A DNA stretch of 64,000 nucleotides from an uncultured Cognatishimia sp. (GCA_964021645.1 CAXIAD010000001.1:866-64865), one strand, 5' to 3'. Shown: positions 1 through 10,597, counted from the stretch's first letter. Program-made: numbers and translations. Notes: a model not told the origin generated them from the letters alone.

Positions 1-1
1 C

Positions 2-187
2 AATGTCACCTTGCCGATCCAAATCAACGGCAAACGGCGTGCGGAAATCAGCGTACCTGCGGATATGTCAAAGGAAGAGGTTGAAAAACTTGTCCTCGCG
101 CACGAAGCTGTCATTCGTGTGTTGGATGGGGCCCAACCCAAGAAATTGATCGTTGTCCCCGGTCGGATTGTGAATGTCGTTGTATAA
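2..187 (+). CDS. leuS: Leucine--tRNA ligase, C-terminal fragment (gene starts upstream of window)
   Basis: The frame is open from the window edge. Translation [61 protein letters not shown] resembles the conserved LeuRS C-terminal tail. It lies directly upstream of lptE-holA, the conserved leuS-lptE-holA order. It is absent from the ORF track because it has no start in the window. Confidence 0.7.
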   Translation, partial: NVTLPIQINGKRRAEISVPADMSKEEVEKLVLAHEAVIRVLDGAQPKKLIVVPGRIVNVVV

Positions 188-662
188 TCGCCGAACCCTA
201 TTGTTGATGGCTGCTGCCCTTGGGGGCTGCGGCTTTACCCCGGCCTATGCTCCGCAAGGCGGCGCATCGCGTTTACAAAATCGGGTCTTGGTTGAGGAGC
301 TAACCACCAGCGACGGCTATGTGTTGGTGCGCGAATTAGAAACACGGCTAGGACGTGCGCAGGCACCTGCCTATGGCTTGGCAATCTCCCTCACCACCGA
401 AGACGAAGGCATGGCAATCACCACTGACAATGACACCACCCGATTTGATGTTATTGGCCGCGCGAAATTTGCGCTACGTGATTTGGCCACCGGGAATGTG
501 TTAACCTCGGGCGAGGTCGAAAGCTTTACCGGCTATTCCACCACGGGCACCACTGTCAGCACCTTGGCCGCCGAAAAAGATGCACGCGAACGGTTGATGG
601 TTATCCTATCGGATAAAATCACCATACGCCTGCTCGCTTTTGCGCCAACCCTTGTGCAATGA
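174..662 (+). CDS. lptE: LPS-assembly lipoprotein LptE (RlpB)
   Basis: 162 aa. The N-terminus has a lipoprotein signal with lipobox ([11 protein letters not shown]). It sits between leuS and holA, and its stop overlaps the holA start (ATGA at 659-662). Confidence 0.8.
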   Translation: MSLYNRRTLLLMAAALGGCGFTPAYAPQGGASRLQNRVLVEELTTSDGYVLVRELETRLGRAQAPAYGLAISLTTEDEGMAITTDNDTTRFDVIGRAKFALRDLATGNVLTSGEVESFTGYSTTGTTVSTLAAEKDARERLMVILSDKITIRLLAFAPTLVQ

Positions 663-1684
663 AGCTTTCTCCTCGGGATGCGTCGCGATATTTCTCCAAA
701 CCGGACCCTAATCGCACGGGCCTGTTGATTTACGGTGCCGATGCGATGCGCGTCGCGTTAAAGCGCCAAGAAGTCATTACCGCATTGATCGGCCCCCAAG
801 GCGAAGAGGAAATGCGCCTAACACGCATCCCCGCAAGCGATTTGCGCAAGGACCCTGCGCAATTGGTGGACGCAATCAAATCCATCAGTTTCTTTCCGGG
901 GCCACGGGTTGCCTTTGTTGAGGATGCCAATGATACGGCGGCGGCGGCCATCACTGCGGCCTGCCAAGATTGGGCACCGGGGGATGCGCAAATCATCGTA
1001 ACGGCCGGTCAGCTCAAGGCAGGCTCCAAGGTGCGCAAGCTGTTTGAGGGGCATTCCAATGCCTATGCGGTGGGCATCTATAACGATCCCCCCAGCCGCG
1101 AAGAGATTGAAGCCGAGTTGGCAAAATCTGGTCTGACCAATGTGGAGCGGGACGCGATGGTCGACCTCACCAATCTTAGCCGCGAACTTGGCCCCGGTGA
1201 TTTCCGGCAAACCGTTGAGAAACTATCGCTATATAAATGTGGTGATCAATCGCCTGTCACCTCAGAAGATATCGCCAATTGCGCCCCAACTTCGACAGAG
1301 GCTGCGCTTGATGATGTTCTAAATATCGTCGCAGAGGGACGTGCGCAGGATATCGCGCCTGTGATGCGCAAACTACAGGCCCAAGGCACGCAGCCCGTTG
1401 GATTATGTATTGGGGCAACCCGACATTTTCGTGCGCTCTATTCTGCGGCCTCTGATCCCGGAGGGGCAGCGCAGGGGATCGCCCGCATGCGCCCGCCAAT
1501 TTTCGGGCCACGTCGTGATCGCATGTTGCGCCAAGCCCAAGGTTGGGGTGCCTCAAAACTGGAACAAGCGCTGACGATCTTAACGGATACAGATTTGAAA
1601 TTGCGCTCTGCCGGGCAATCGGCCCCGGCGATGGCGCTGGTCGAACGTGCCTTGCTGCGCCTTGCTATGCTAGGCCGTCGTTAG
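659..1684 (+). CDS. holA: DNA polymerase III subunit delta
   Basis: 341 aa. Conserved position after lptE. Size and the N-terminal 'LLIYGADAM' region are typical of alphaproteobacterial HolA. Confidence 0.8.
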   Translation: MKLSPRDASRYFSKPDPNRTGLLIYGADAMRVALKRQEVITALIGPQGEEEMRLTRIPASDLRKDPAQLVDAIKSISFFPGPRVAFVEDANDTAAAAITAACQDWAPGDAQIIVTAGQLKAGSKVRKLFEGHSNAYAVGIYNDPPSREEIEAELAKSGLTNVERDAMVDLTNLSRELGPGDFRQTVEKLSLYKCGDQSPVTSEDIANCAPTSTEAALDDVLNIVAEGRAQDIAPVMRKLQAQGTQPVGLCIGATRHFRALYSAASDPGGAAQGIARMRPPIFGPRRDRMLRQAQGWGASKLEQALTILTDTDLKLRSAGQSAPAMALVERALLRLAMLGRR

Positions 1685-1729
1685 GCGTATCAAAAGGGAC
1701 CAAAGCCCCTTTTGACTGTTCAATAGGTA

Positions 1730-2158
1730 TCACTCTGGCGGGGCATATAGCGCGAAAACCTCGGCTCCGGTCATTGTGGCGTGATCCCCTGCAAACGCGA
1801 ACCCATCTGGTTTTTCGTCGACAAAAATCTCGGCAGTCAGGGGCACTCCGCTCGCATCGTCCAATGTTCCCATTCCGACATGACAGGTGCCTTGATGTGG
1901 TCCGGGCGCTGTCACCCGATAAAACAAGCTACTGCCACAAGATGTGCAAAACGCGCGTTCTGCCCAATCAGAGCTTTTGTAGAGACCAAGGTTCTCCTCG
2001 CTCTCGAGTGTCAGATTTCCAGCCGAAACAGCCATGCCCATATAGACACCACCGCTCCATTTTCGGCACATATTACAGTGACAGGCACCCGTTTCCTGCG
2101 GTTTTTCAGAGATAGAATATCGAACGCCACCACAAAGGCAGCCACCAGTTACAGACAT
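1730..2158 (-). CDS. GFA family protein (glutathione-dependent formaldehyde-activating / CENP-V-like Zn-binding fold)
   Basis: 142 aa with the characteristic Cys pattern GGCLCGGVRY...CHCNMCRKWSG...CTSCGS. Confidence 0.85.
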   Translation of the reverse strand: MSVTGGCLCGGVRYSISEKPQETGACHCNMCRKWSGGVYMGMAVSAGNLTLESEENLGLYKSSDWAERAFCTSCGSSLFYRVTAPGPHQGTCHVGMGTLDDASGVPLTAEIFVDEKPDGFAFAGDHATMTGAEVFALYAPPE

Positions 2159-2375
2159 AGGATAATTCCTTTTGTTACGATTCTTTGTCTGCTGCTAACC
2201 TATCAATCCCTCATGCCAATTATTGTCAGCAGGTATTGAAGAGTCACAGAATTTTCACCCGACAAATAGTGGATACTTGAACTCTGGAACTTGGTGTCTG
2301 GAGGCGCTGTTGGTGTTGATGATGTATTAGGAGGTTTCGCCGCGAAACCCCTCCAATCCCAGGTGTCAGTGGGGT

Positions 2376-3530
2376 TTACCCTAGAAAACGCAGTGCGCCC
2401 TGACCAGCCCAAGCCCCAGTGGCAAGGCAAGCCGTCATCAAATACCCTCCGGTTGGGGCTTCCCAATCCAGCATTTCACCGGCGGCAAACACACCGGGCA
2501 TATCCCGCAACATCAGATTTTGATCCAAGGCATCAAACCGGATGCCACCCGCCGTTGAAATCGCCTGTCCGATTGGGCGTGGTCCCGTGTGCGCAACTGG
2601 TAAACTCTTGATCATAAGTGATAAATCATCAGGAAATGGGCGTGCGAATTCCATCAACAATGCCTGCTTCACGGGGCTAAGCTTTAGCGTTTTACGCAGA
2701 AAATTCGCCATGCTCATCTTGCCCCTAGGGCGCGCTAAACGGGCACGAACATCCTCGATCGACACATCCGGCATCAGATCAAGCAACAGGGGCTGTCCTT
2801 CGCGTAATGCGCGGGACACGGCATATATGCCACCGCCCTCAAGACCTTGATTTGAAACGATGAATTCGGCACGCTCCCGCTGTGATCCGGCGCAAAGCGT
2901 GACCCCTTTGACGGGGGCGCCAAAATGTTTGGCCATATGCGAGGACCAATTCACGCTAAACCCCATATTGGCTGGTTCAAAAGGGGTGGTAGGGACATCG
3001 AGAAAATCGGCCCATGCACCATCAGACCCCAATCGCGCCCAGCTTGCGCCACCACAGGCCAATACCGTCACACGCGGTTTTTCAACTACATGACCCGCTG
3101 GCGTGTCAAAATGAAAGCCATCGTCAATACCTGTCCAGCGCCAGCGCGTTTTAAAGGTCACGCCCTGCTCAGACAGGCGTGCAAGCCACGCGCGCAAAAG
3201 CGGTGAGGCCTTCATCGTGCGGGGGAAAACGCGACCTGATGAGCCGGTGAACACCTCTTGGCCCAATGACTGCGCCCATGCGCTGACCTCTGCCGGGCCA
3301 AAGCCCGTTAGAATGTCACGTAAGAACGGCGTCGCCTCGGTGTAGCCCTCAAGAAAGGTTTCAAAGGGCTCTTCCTTGGTCAGGTTCAACCCGGATTTCC
3401 CAGCCATCAAGAGCTTGCGCCCGAGGGTGGGTTTTGCATCCGCAATTTGGACTGACAGGCCTGCTGCCGACAGCTTTTCTGCGGCCATCAGACCCGCCGG
3501 GCCGCCGCCAATAACTAATGCGTCCATCAT
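2376..3530 (-). CDS. NAD(P)/FAD-dependent oxidoreductase, HI0933/BaiN-like flavoprotein
   Basis: 384 aa. N-terminal dinucleotide fold VIGGGPAGLMAA, then 'GRKLLMAGKSGLNLT' and C-terminal 'GGIRF...AGEMLDWEAPTGGY', typical of the HI0933-like family. Confidence 0.8.
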   Translation of the reverse strand: MMDALVIGGGPAGLMAAEKLSAAGLSVQIADAKPTLGRKLLMAGKSGLNLTKEEPFETFLEGYTEATPFLRDILTGFGPAEVSAWAQSLGQEVFTGSSGRVFPRTMKASPLLRAWLARLSEQGVTFKTRWRWTGIDDGFHFDTPAGHVVEKPRVTVLACGGASWARLGSDGAWADFLDVPTTPFEPANMGFSVNWSSHMAKHFGAPVKGVTLCAGSQRERAEFIVSNQGLEGGGIYAVSRALREGQPLLLDLMPDVSIEDVRARLARPRGKMSMANFLRKTLKLSPVKQALLMEFARPFPDDLSLMIKSLPVAHTGPRPIGQAISTAGGIRFDALDQNLMLRDMPGVFAAGEMLDWEAPTGGYLMTACLATGAWAGQGALRFLG

Positions 3531-4903
3531 TTAACCCGCGTCGTAAGCGGCCCCTTGAATTCGATTGTGCGATGTGGATACGGGATTTGAATATCGTTTT
3601 CTTTCAAGGCGTTCCAAGTTAGAAACCGCCCATGCGATGTGTATTTGTTTTTGCCGTCGTCGATGCCGTTCACCCAGAATTCGACGGCAAAATCAATGCC
3701 ACTGTCGCCAAATCCCCGCAACTCGCAATCTGGCGGATAGGGTGCATCCAATACCTCGGCATGCTTTGCCACGGCGGCCTCAACGATGGCAGGCACAAGA
3801 TTGATATCGGTATCATAGCTGACCGAAAATGGGGCCTCATAGCGATTGGCAGAGCCGCTATCGGAGTAATTCACGACCCGTGTGGTGATGAAATCCTCAT
3901 TCGGGACAACGATCCAGCGGCCATCATATGTCTCTAATATCATCGCGCGGGCGGTGGTTTTGACAATGGTTCCCGCCTCGCCGCCATCCAGCTCGACGAA
4001 ATCGCCAACGGTCGCCTGGCCCTCTAACAAAAGGATAATGCCAGAGATAAAGTTGGCCGCGATCTTTTGCAGACCAAAACCAAGCCCAACGCCAATCGCG
4101 CCCCCGAGAACGGCGAGCGAGGTGAGCGATATCCCCATGATGTTCATCATCAACAGGAATGCGACGCCAAAAATCCCGATTTCCGCAGCCTTGGCTGACA
4201 GCTCGCGCATGGCGGGACGCATCTCTTGTTGGTTTTTGATAAAGGAGGACGATTGATCGTTCGACCAGCGCCCGAGCCAGAAGATCACGCCGCCCACGAC
4301 GGCAAAACGGATCAAAAATAACAGAGAAAATGACAGGTTGCCTAGTGGCACAACCGTCGCGTCCAGTTTGACCATAACAAATTCTAGCAGGCCCAGCGCG
4401 TAGATCGCTGCAACCGGAATGAGTAAGAATTTACCCAATACCTTGAGCAGAGGGTCTTGGATGATTTCCCGAACCAGGATGCGCACCGCAAGAAACAGAA
4501 ACACCCGCTTACCAAATGCGATGACCGCGCCAGACCCGAATATGGAGCGCGTTACCGTTTCGCCCAAGCCCGTGAACGCATAGGCCAGCAGGGGCAGCAA
4601 TAAAGGGATGAATATCAGAATGAACCGCCGCGATTTGGCGACGATATGGGTTTGCGCATCAGGCGGGTTCAGCCATTTGGTGAGCAACGGTTGCATGCGC
4701 CGACTAATTAGAACCGCCGCCACATAGGCGAGAATCAACAGGCCGAATTGCGACCACGCGGCCGGGCTTAGGAGCCAGCCTTGGGCGATATCCCAACCTT
4801 GCAAAGCATAGGCAGCCGCTTTTTGAATAATCTCTGGCTGATCTTCCACGCGCACACCCTCGTAAAACTGATTACTTGCTGCAATCTCTTGCCTGTTTGG
4901 CAA
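3527..4903 (-). CDS. Mechanosensitive ion channel family protein (MscS-like)
   Basis: 458 aa. Multiple N-terminal TM helices, then an MscS core '...NFISGIILLLEGQATVGDFVELDGGEAGTIVKTTARAMILETYDGRWIVVPNEDF'. The stop of this gene overlaps the start of the next gene downstream. Confidence 0.85.
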   Translation of the reverse strand: MPNRQEIAASNQFYEGVRVEDQPEIIQKAAAYALQGWDIAQGWLLSPAAWSQFGLLILAYVAAVLISRRMQPLLTKWLNPPDAQTHIVAKSRRFILIFIPLLLPLLAYAFTGLGETVTRSIFGSGAVIAFGKRVFLFLAVRILVREIIQDPLLKVLGKFLLIPVAAIYALGLLEFVMVKLDATVVPLGNLSFSLLFLIRFAVVGGVIFWLGRWSNDQSSSFIKNQQEMRPAMRELSAKAAEIGIFGVAFLLMMNIMGISLTSLAVLGGAIGVGLGFGLQKIAANFISGIILLLEGQATVGDFVELDGGEAGTIVKTTARAMILETYDGRWIVVPNEDFITTRVVNYSDSGSANRYEAPFSVSYDTDINLVPAIVEAAVAKHAEVLDAPYPPDCELRGFGDSGIDFAVEFWVNGIDDGKNKYTSHGRFLTWNALKENDIQIPYPHRTIEFKGPLTTRVK

Positions 4904-4974
4904 GCAAACCTCAAGAGAAAGCGGTATTTATGGTATGATCCACAGCCCCATTTGCCCCGTCATAAGCCGGCCCA

Positions 4975-5592
4975 TTACTCTATCGTGCAAAGACGTTTGA
5001 TGCCTGTTGCGATTTCCGGTGCGGCGGCAAGCGTGTCATTTGCGATATCAAAGGCGGCGGTCATCAGATTTTCAGGCTCTATGATCCGGTCCACCAGTCC
5101 GAATTGCAGGGCCTCATCCGATTGAATTTTTTGCCCCCCCATGAGAATCAATTTGGTACGTGCCGGGCCAATAAGCTGTGCCATGCGTTTTGGATCAGAC
5201 GGTTGAGGCAGAAAGCCCAGCTTCATCACCGGATAAAAGAATTTGGCGTTGGGGACGCAAAGCCGGATATCGCAGGCCAAAGCCATGCCCATCGCCCCAC
5301 CAGCCAAGGTGCCGTTAAGGGCCGCAATCGTCAGACCCGGAAGCGCCGCAACGGCGGTTGATAGCCGCTCCCACACGTCACTAACGGCAAGCCCCGCTCT
5401 GGCCTCATCCAGATCAGCCCCCGCAGAGAAAACCTTGCCCTCGCCGGTAATGATCAAGGCGCGGGCGGTTGTTGCTGATTCGGCGATCTCGGTCAATTCG
5501 CGCAACATTTCCGCGGTCAAAGAGTTCGCCTTGTCCGGCCGGTTTATCGTCACAACCCACAGGTCATCAGGTTTTTTATCTAGAGAAATCAA
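4975..5592 (-). CDS. Enoyl-CoA hydratase/isomerase (crotonase) family protein
   Basis: 205 aa. Crotonase signature region 'ALIITGEGKVFSAGADLDE' and 'GGAMGMALACDIR'. The stop of the upstream SDR gene overlaps this gene's start. Confidence 0.8.
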   Translation of the reverse strand: MISLDKKPDDLWVVTINRPDKANSLTAEMLRELTEIAESATTARALIITGEGKVFSAGADLDEARAGLAVSDVWERLSTAVAALPGLTIAALNGTLAGGAMGMALACDIRLCVPNAKFFYPVMKLGFLPQPSDPKRMAQLIGPARTKLILMGGQKIQSDEALQFGLVDRIIEPENLMTAAFDIANDTLAAAPEIATGIKRLCTIE

Positions 5593-6341
5593 ATCAAACC
5601 CACCATTTTGCGAATATCCTCATCCCGGAGCGAAATTTCTTCGCCTAGCCATGGATCGGCTGCCTCACTGCACATCCAGACCAATGTGCGCGCAGGCCAA
5701 TCGGCGGGCACATGCACCTCCCAGTCAAGTTGGCTGATGGGATTAATGCCGCTTGCCTTGATCTCTCGTTGCATCTGGGTGGCGACAGTGCCGGGTGACA
5801 GGCTGATTGCGCGAATGCCTTTGTCGCGCGCTTCCTTGTCGGCGCATTTGGTCAGCATCAAGGCCCCTGCCTTGGAAGCGCAATACTGACTCCATGCCTC
5901 AACCGGGCCATGGGCGGCACCTGACCCGATGGTCAAAATGGTCCCGCCGCCTTGTGCGATCATCTCCGGCAAGGCTGCGCGCATGCCGTTAAAGACGCCC
6001 TTTAGATTGATATCAATAACCTGCCCCCATGCCTCGGGGTCGGCCTCTGCAAGGTGTGAAATCGGTTCGATGATGCCTGCGTTATTTACCAACACATCCA
6101 ACGTGCCAAACCGTTCAATGCTACGCGCAACCGCCTGTGCAACCTGCTGGTAATCACTTACGTCACAGCCAATCGCCATCGCCTTTTCGCCAAGGCTTTC
6201 GGCCAATTCGGTGATCGCCGCATTGCTGCGCGCCAGCAAAACAACATTAGCCCCGGCCGCAGCGAACTCCTTTGCTGCATTTTCACCAATTCCCCGGCTG
6301 GCCCCGGTGATCAGAACAGTTTTCCCATTCAGGTTCATCAT
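5589..6341 (-). CDS. SDR family oxidoreductase
   Basis: The track ORF extends to 6461. I start it at the internal ATG (6341), giving MMNLNGKTVLITGASRGIG (TGxxxGIG Rossmann motif right at the N-terminus), NNAG and YCASK (YxxxK). That gives 250 aa, a typical SDR length. Confidence 0.85.
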   Translation of the reverse strand: MMNLNGKTVLITGASRGIGENAAKEFAAAGANVVLLARSNAAITELAESLGEKAMAIGCDVSDYQQVAQAVARSIERFGTLDVLVNNAGIIEPISHLAEADPEAWGQVIDINLKGVFNGMRAALPEMIAQGGGTILTIGSGAAHGPVEAWSQYCASKAGALMLTKCADKEARDKGIRAISLSPGTVATQMQREIKASGINPISQLDWEVHVPADWPARTLVWMCSEAADPWLGEEISLRDEDIRKMVGLI

Positions 6342-6487
6342 ATTGCAGCTCCATTTAGCGATGCCATCTATATCTTGTCTATCAGTGGTAACCCGCCCAC
6401 AGGACAGGGTCCATATTTCCCTACTTGACCCTCTCATGACATCAGCAGAAGCTATAGCCAAATTTTTTGAAGAACAAAGGGTTCGTT

Positions 6488-7990
6488 ATGATGAGCGCGA
6501 GAGCATATTTTGGAACGACTGCCGCGATTGCGGCCCTGTCTGCAAGCAGCGTTTTTGCTGATGTGACTAATCAGCAAGTTTGGACTGATTGGCACGATTA
6601 CATGGCTGATTTTGGCTATAAAGTTTCCGCGACCGAAGCCACAAGCGGCGATACGCTGACAATCGGTGATCTAAGCGTGAGCATGGACATCCCGGAAGAA
6701 GACGGGTCTATCACGATCTCTGTGGGCGAAGTTACCTTTACCAATCAGAACGATGGCACCGTTGCAATTGGGATGCCTGCTGATTTCCCCGTACATTTTG
6801 TTGTCGATGCGAAAGAAGACGCCACGGCGACCCTAAATTGGACCAGCAAAGGGCTTTCGATGATCGCGTCGGGTGACACCGACCAGATTACATACACCTA
6901 TTCTGCTAGCATGATGGGGCTATCGCTGGCTGATCTCGAAGTAGATGGGGAGCCTTTTGACTCCGCAGTGATGGAACTGGTTGCGAACAATTATTCGGCA
7001 CGCTCCACGATGTCTAATGGCACCTTGCGGACAATGGAGCAAAAATCTGAGGCGGAAAACCTGTCGCTTCATCTTGGCTTTGTTGACCCTGCGAGTGGCG
7101 ACAACATGACCTTCAAAATCGACACCACCAAATTGGCATTCGAAGGCGGCGCGCGGATTCCTACCGGGCTAGACTCCGAAGATCCTTTGGAAATGTTTCA
7201 GGCTGGTTTCGGGTTTGCAGGAACATTCCAACACTCTGGATCAGAGGGCGAACTCTCTGGGGTTGCCGACGGATCACCCTTCAATCTGACCTTTGCCTCC
7301 GCTGCGTCCGATTGGAACATGGCGATGGATTCAGACAAGTTTGACTATAGCGGGCTTGTTTCTGATATCGCCATCAGCGCCTTTGGGAGTGAACTGCCGT
7401 TCCCTGTTTCTATGAACGCTGCACAGCTGGGATTTGGCATGCTGATGCCGTTGGCGAAAGCTGATGAGCATCAGGATTTTGGTTTCAACATGCATCTTGG
7501 CGATCTCGAAGTGGCCGATATCCTGTGGGATATTTTTGACCCTGCGAAAGTCCTGCCACGTGATCCTGCGACGCTTACGCTTGATCTATCTGGCAAAACC
7601 AAAGTGCTGCTGGATCTTATGAGCCCAGAAGCCGAAGAGACCGACGATTTCCCAGGTGAGTTGCATGCGCTGACACTGAACAAGATGTTGCTGCAAGTGG
7701 CTGGTGCCAAGCTTTCGGGCGATGGGGATTTCACATTCGACAACTCTGACCTTGTCAGCTTTGACGGAATGCCTCGGCCGACTGGTGCGGTTGATTTGAA
7801 CCTGATGGGTGGCAACGGATTGTTGGACAAGCTGGTTCAAATGGGATTGATCCCGGATGATCAAGCAATGGGCGCGCGCATGATGATGGGGCTGTTTGCG
7901 GTTCCCGGTGCAGGCGAAGACGAATTGAATTCGAAGATCGAATTCAACGAAGAGGGCCATGTTTTAGCAAACGGTCAGCGTATCCAATAA
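6488..7990 (+). CDS. Secreted acidic hypothetical protein (possibly DUF2125-like)
   Basis: About 500 aa. Signal peptide (FGTTAAIAALSASSVFA-DV) and a very acidic mature part. It sits upstream of pmbA. The family name is a weak recollection. The start at ATG 6488 was chosen over the track start 6467. Confidence 0.5.
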   Translation: MMSARAYFGTTAAIAALSASSVFADVTNQQVWTDWHDYMADFGYKVSATEATSGDTLTIGDLSVSMDIPEEDGSITISVGEVTFTNQNDGTVAIGMPADFPVHFVVDAKEDATATLNWTSKGLSMIASGDTDQITYTYSASMMGLSLADLEVDGEPFDSAVMELVANNYSARSTMSNGTLRTMEQKSEAENLSLHLGFVDPASGDNMTFKIDTTKLAFEGGARIPTGLDSEDPLEMFQAGFGFAGTFQHSGSEGELSGVADGSPFNLTFASAASDWNMAMDSDKFDYSGLVSDIAISAFGSELPFPVSMNAAQLGFGMLMPLAKADEHQDFGFNMHLGDLEVADILWDIFDPAKVLPRDPATLTLDLSGKTKVLLDLMSPEAEETDDFPGELHALTLNKMLLQVAGAKLSGDGDFTFDNSDLVSFDGMPRPTGAVDLNLMGGNGLLDKLVQMGLIPDDQAMGARMMMGLFAVPGAGEDELNSKIEFNEEGHVLANGQRIQ

Positions 7991-8010
7991 CGCGATTTAC
8001 AATATAGGAA

Positions 8011-8036
8011 GGGGCTGCTTTCGGGCGGCCCTTTTT
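8011..8036 (+). terminator. Rho-independent terminator candidate after the 6488-7990 gene
   Basis: GGGCTGC-tttcgg-GCGGCCC stem (one G-U pair) followed by TTTTT, about 20 nt after the stop codon. Confidence 0.5.
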
Positions 8037-8098
8037 CATGTGCACTTGCACCCTGCCCCGCCTAGGTTTACCTCAATGGTTAGAACAATGGGGACCAC

Positions 8099-9445
8099 AT
8101 GAGCCGCAATCTTGAAAATCTGACACATGCACTGTTAGCCGCCGCGAAGCGCGCCGGGGCTGATTCTGCTGATGCAATGGCCGTACAAGGCACCTCTGTC
8201 ACTGTTGACGTGCGGGTTGGTGCGCTTGAGCATGCTGAGCGCGCCGAAGGGCTTGATCTGGGTCTAAGGGTATTTTTGGGTCAGCGGCAGGCGAATGTGT
8301 CCACCTCAGATAGTCGCCCCGAGACCATCGAAACGATGGCTGAACGCGCGGTTGCTATGGCACGCGAAGCCCCGGAAGACCCCAATATCGGGCTGGCCCC
8401 CGCCGATATGATTGCCCATACGTGGGATATCGAGGCGCTGGAGTTGGCAGATACAACGGCCGAACCTGATCCCGCCAAATTGCAAGAAGACGCAACACGC
8501 GCCGAAGCCGCGGCGCAGGCATATGACGGGATATCGCAGGTGCAATCGGCCTCTGCTGGCTACGCCGAGAACGATGTGTATCTTGCAGCGTCTAATGGGT
8601 TTGCAGGTGGATACCAGCGCACGAGCCGTTCGACCTCATGTGTTTCTATCGCCGGAACCGGTGCCGATATGGAGCGTGACTATGACGGCGACATGCGGAT
8701 TTTTCAGAGCGACCTGCGCTCGCCAGAGGACATAGGCCGTACCTCAGCAGAACGGGCGCTTGAGCGTCTGGGTGCACGTAAACCTGTGACGGGCACCTAT
8801 CCTGTGCTGTTTGATGAACGTATTTCATCCTCGTTGATCGGGCATCTTTTGGCGGCAACCAATGGGGCCGCAATCGCGCGCGGAGCGTCATGGCTACGCG
8901 ATGCGATGGGGGAGCAGGTTCTGCCCGAAGGGCTTTCGTTGATTGAAGACCCATCTCGCGTGCGTGTCAGCGGATCACGCCCGTTTGATGCCGAAGGAAT
9001 CGCAACGCAAAAACGTGCGATTGTGGATAATGGTCAATTGACGCAGTGGACGCTTGACCTTGCGACCGCCCGCAAATTGGGAATGACATCAACAGGGAAC
9101 GCGGCGCGCGGCACTTCTGCGCCCCCGTCCCCTAGCAACTGGAATGTGTCGCTCACCCAAGGTACACAAAGCCGCGCAGATTTGATCTCGGGCATGGGCA
9201 CTGGCTTGCTTGTCACCTCATTGATTGGGTCCACCATCAACCCAAACACCGGGGATTATTCGCGCGGGGCGTCGGGCTTTTGGATTGAGAACGGCGAAAT
9301 CGCCTATCCGGTGAATGAATGCACCATCGCGGGGAATTTGCGCGATATGTTGGGCAGGATTATCCCCGCAAATGATGCGCGTGGGTATCTGTCGCGTGTC
9401 GTACCCTCGATACTGATCGAAGGGATGGCACTTGCCGGGTCATGA
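8099..9445 (+). CDS. pmbA: TldD/PmbA family metalloprotease PmbA (TldE)
   Basis: 448 aa. The C-terminal region '...GSTINPNTGDYSRGASGFWIENGEIAYPVNECTIAGNLRDML' is typical of PmbA/TldD family proteins. Confidence 0.85.
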   Translation: MSRNLENLTHALLAAAKRAGADSADAMAVQGTSVTVDVRVGALEHAERAEGLDLGLRVFLGQRQANVSTSDSRPETIETMAERAVAMAREAPEDPNIGLAPADMIAHTWDIEALELADTTAEPDPAKLQEDATRAEAAAQAYDGISQVQSASAGYAENDVYLAASNGFAGGYQRTSRSTSCVSIAGTGADMERDYDGDMRIFQSDLRSPEDIGRTSAERALERLGARKPVTGTYPVLFDERISSSLIGHLLAATNGAAIARGASWLRDAMGEQVLPEGLSLIEDPSRVRVSGSRPFDAEGIATQKRAIVDNGQLTQWTLDLATARKLGMTSTGNAARGTSAPPSPSNWNVSLTQGTQSRADLISGMGTGLLVTSLIGSTINPNTGDYSRGASGFWIENGEIAYPVNECTIAGNLRDMLGRIIPANDARGYLSRVVPSILIEGMALAGS

Positions 9446-10214
9446 TCTAACCCTTTTGATAGAGGCGGCGCGGGAATCCGGGCGCATCGCCACACAGTTT
9501 ACGGGCCCAACTGCCGAAGTTTGGGACAAGCCGGATGGCGCAGGCCCCGTAACCGAGGCCGATCTTGCGGTTAATCGCATGTTGGAGAACGATTTGCGCG
9601 CCGCATGCCCTGATTATGGATGGTTAAGCGAAGAATCCGTTGATGATGCCAGCCGCCTAAACGCAGAGCGGGTTTTTATCATTGATCCCATTGATGGCAC
9701 TCGCAGCTTTATTGAGGGGGCACGCACATGGGCGCATGCCTTGGCAGTGGCGCAACAGGGGCGGGTCATTGCTGCGGTGGTTTATCTGCCAATGCTCGAC
9801 AAAATGTATACTGCAGAGATAGACGGCGGGGCCCATTTGAACGGAGAACCCATTTGCGCCTCAGATACATCTGATCTGGCGGCGGCTGAAATTCTTGCCG
9901 CACGTCCCACCATGAAACCCGAAAACTGGCCCGGGGGCATGCCAGATGTGGCGCATAGCCATCGACCATCGTTAGCCTATCGTCTGTCACTGGTTGCCGA
10001 GGGGCGGTTTGATGCCATGCTGACATTGCGCCCGTCTTGGGAGTGGGACATCGCAGCAGGTGATTTGTTATTGCGCGAATCTGGGGCCATTTCCAGCACT
10101 CGCACAGGAACGCCTTTGCAATTCAACAATCCGGTGCCGCAGCAAAATGGCGTGGTGGCTGGCAACACGGCAATCCACGCAGAGCTATTGGCGCGCCTTC
10201 AGCCTGTTGAGTGA
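9432..10214 (+). CDS. Inositol monophosphatase family protein (CysQ-like 3'(2'),5'-bisphosphate nucleotidase)
   Basis: 260 aa. Motifs 'WLSEES' and 'FIIDPIDGTRSF' and 'WDIAAG' are characteristic of the IMPase/CysQ fold. It overlaps the end of pmbA. Confidence 0.8.
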   Translation: MPGHDLTLLIEAARESGRIATQFTGPTAEVWDKPDGAGPVTEADLAVNRMLENDLRAACPDYGWLSEESVDDASRLNAERVFIIDPIDGTRSFIEGARTWAHALAVAQQGRVIAAVVYLPMLDKMYTAEIDGGAHLNGEPICASDTSDLAAAEILAARPTMKPENWPGGMPDVAHSHRPSLAYRLSLVAEGRFDAMLTLRPSWEWDIAAGDLLLRESGAISSTRTGTPLQFNNPVPQQNGVVAGNTAIHAELLARLQPVE

Positions 10215-10347
10215 TATGTTTTCAAGCTGCGTTGGCTGACCTTGTAGCTTGCGGGGTGACAGCATAGTTTGGCTTAACGTCGTGACAAATACATTTCGGC
10301 AAATCTCCATTCTCAGGTATTTTCCGAACCCTTTAAGGAACAAACAG

Positions 10348-10590
10348 ATGACACAACGCCTGCACGTGGTCTTTGGTGGAGAGCTGGTCGACCCGGCCAA
10401 AAACCAGTTCAAAAATGTCGATGACATTCATATGGTCGGTATCTTCCCCAATTACGAGGCCGCCTATCAGGCATGGAAGGCCGAAGCGTATCGCACAGTG
10501 GATAATGCGCACATGCGCTATTTCATCGCCCATCTTCATCGTCTGAGAGACGAGGAAGTTGCCGCCTCTTCAACCGAAGAATTGGGCTAA
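10348..10590 (+). CDS. DUF4170 domain-containing protein
   Basis: 80 aa from ATG 10348, preceded by AAGGAA. MTQRLHVVFGGELVDP...VGIFPNYEAAYQAWKAEAYRTVDNAHMRYFIAHLHRL matches my recollection of this small alphaproteobacterial family found next to waaA. The track ORF start (10249) was judged too far upstream. Confidence 0.7.
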   Translation: MTQRLHVVFGGELVDPAKNQFKNVDDIHMVGIFPNYEAAYQAWKAEAYRTVDNAHMRYFIAHLHRLRDEEVAASSTEELG

Positions 10591-10597
10591 AACAATA

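Noticed and set aside
6342-6461. 40-aa N-terminal extension of the SDR ORF, and similar upstream extensions of the DsbA-like (13547-13585), DUF721 (14073-14219), DUF4170 (10249-10347), znuA (25771-25836) and globin (30150-30236) ORFs.
   Set aside because: Internal starts place family-typical N-terminal motifs (TGxxxGIG, signal peptides, RBS-like purine runs) at the expected positions. The extensions overlap neighbouring genes or regulatory DNA, including the Zur boxes for znuA.
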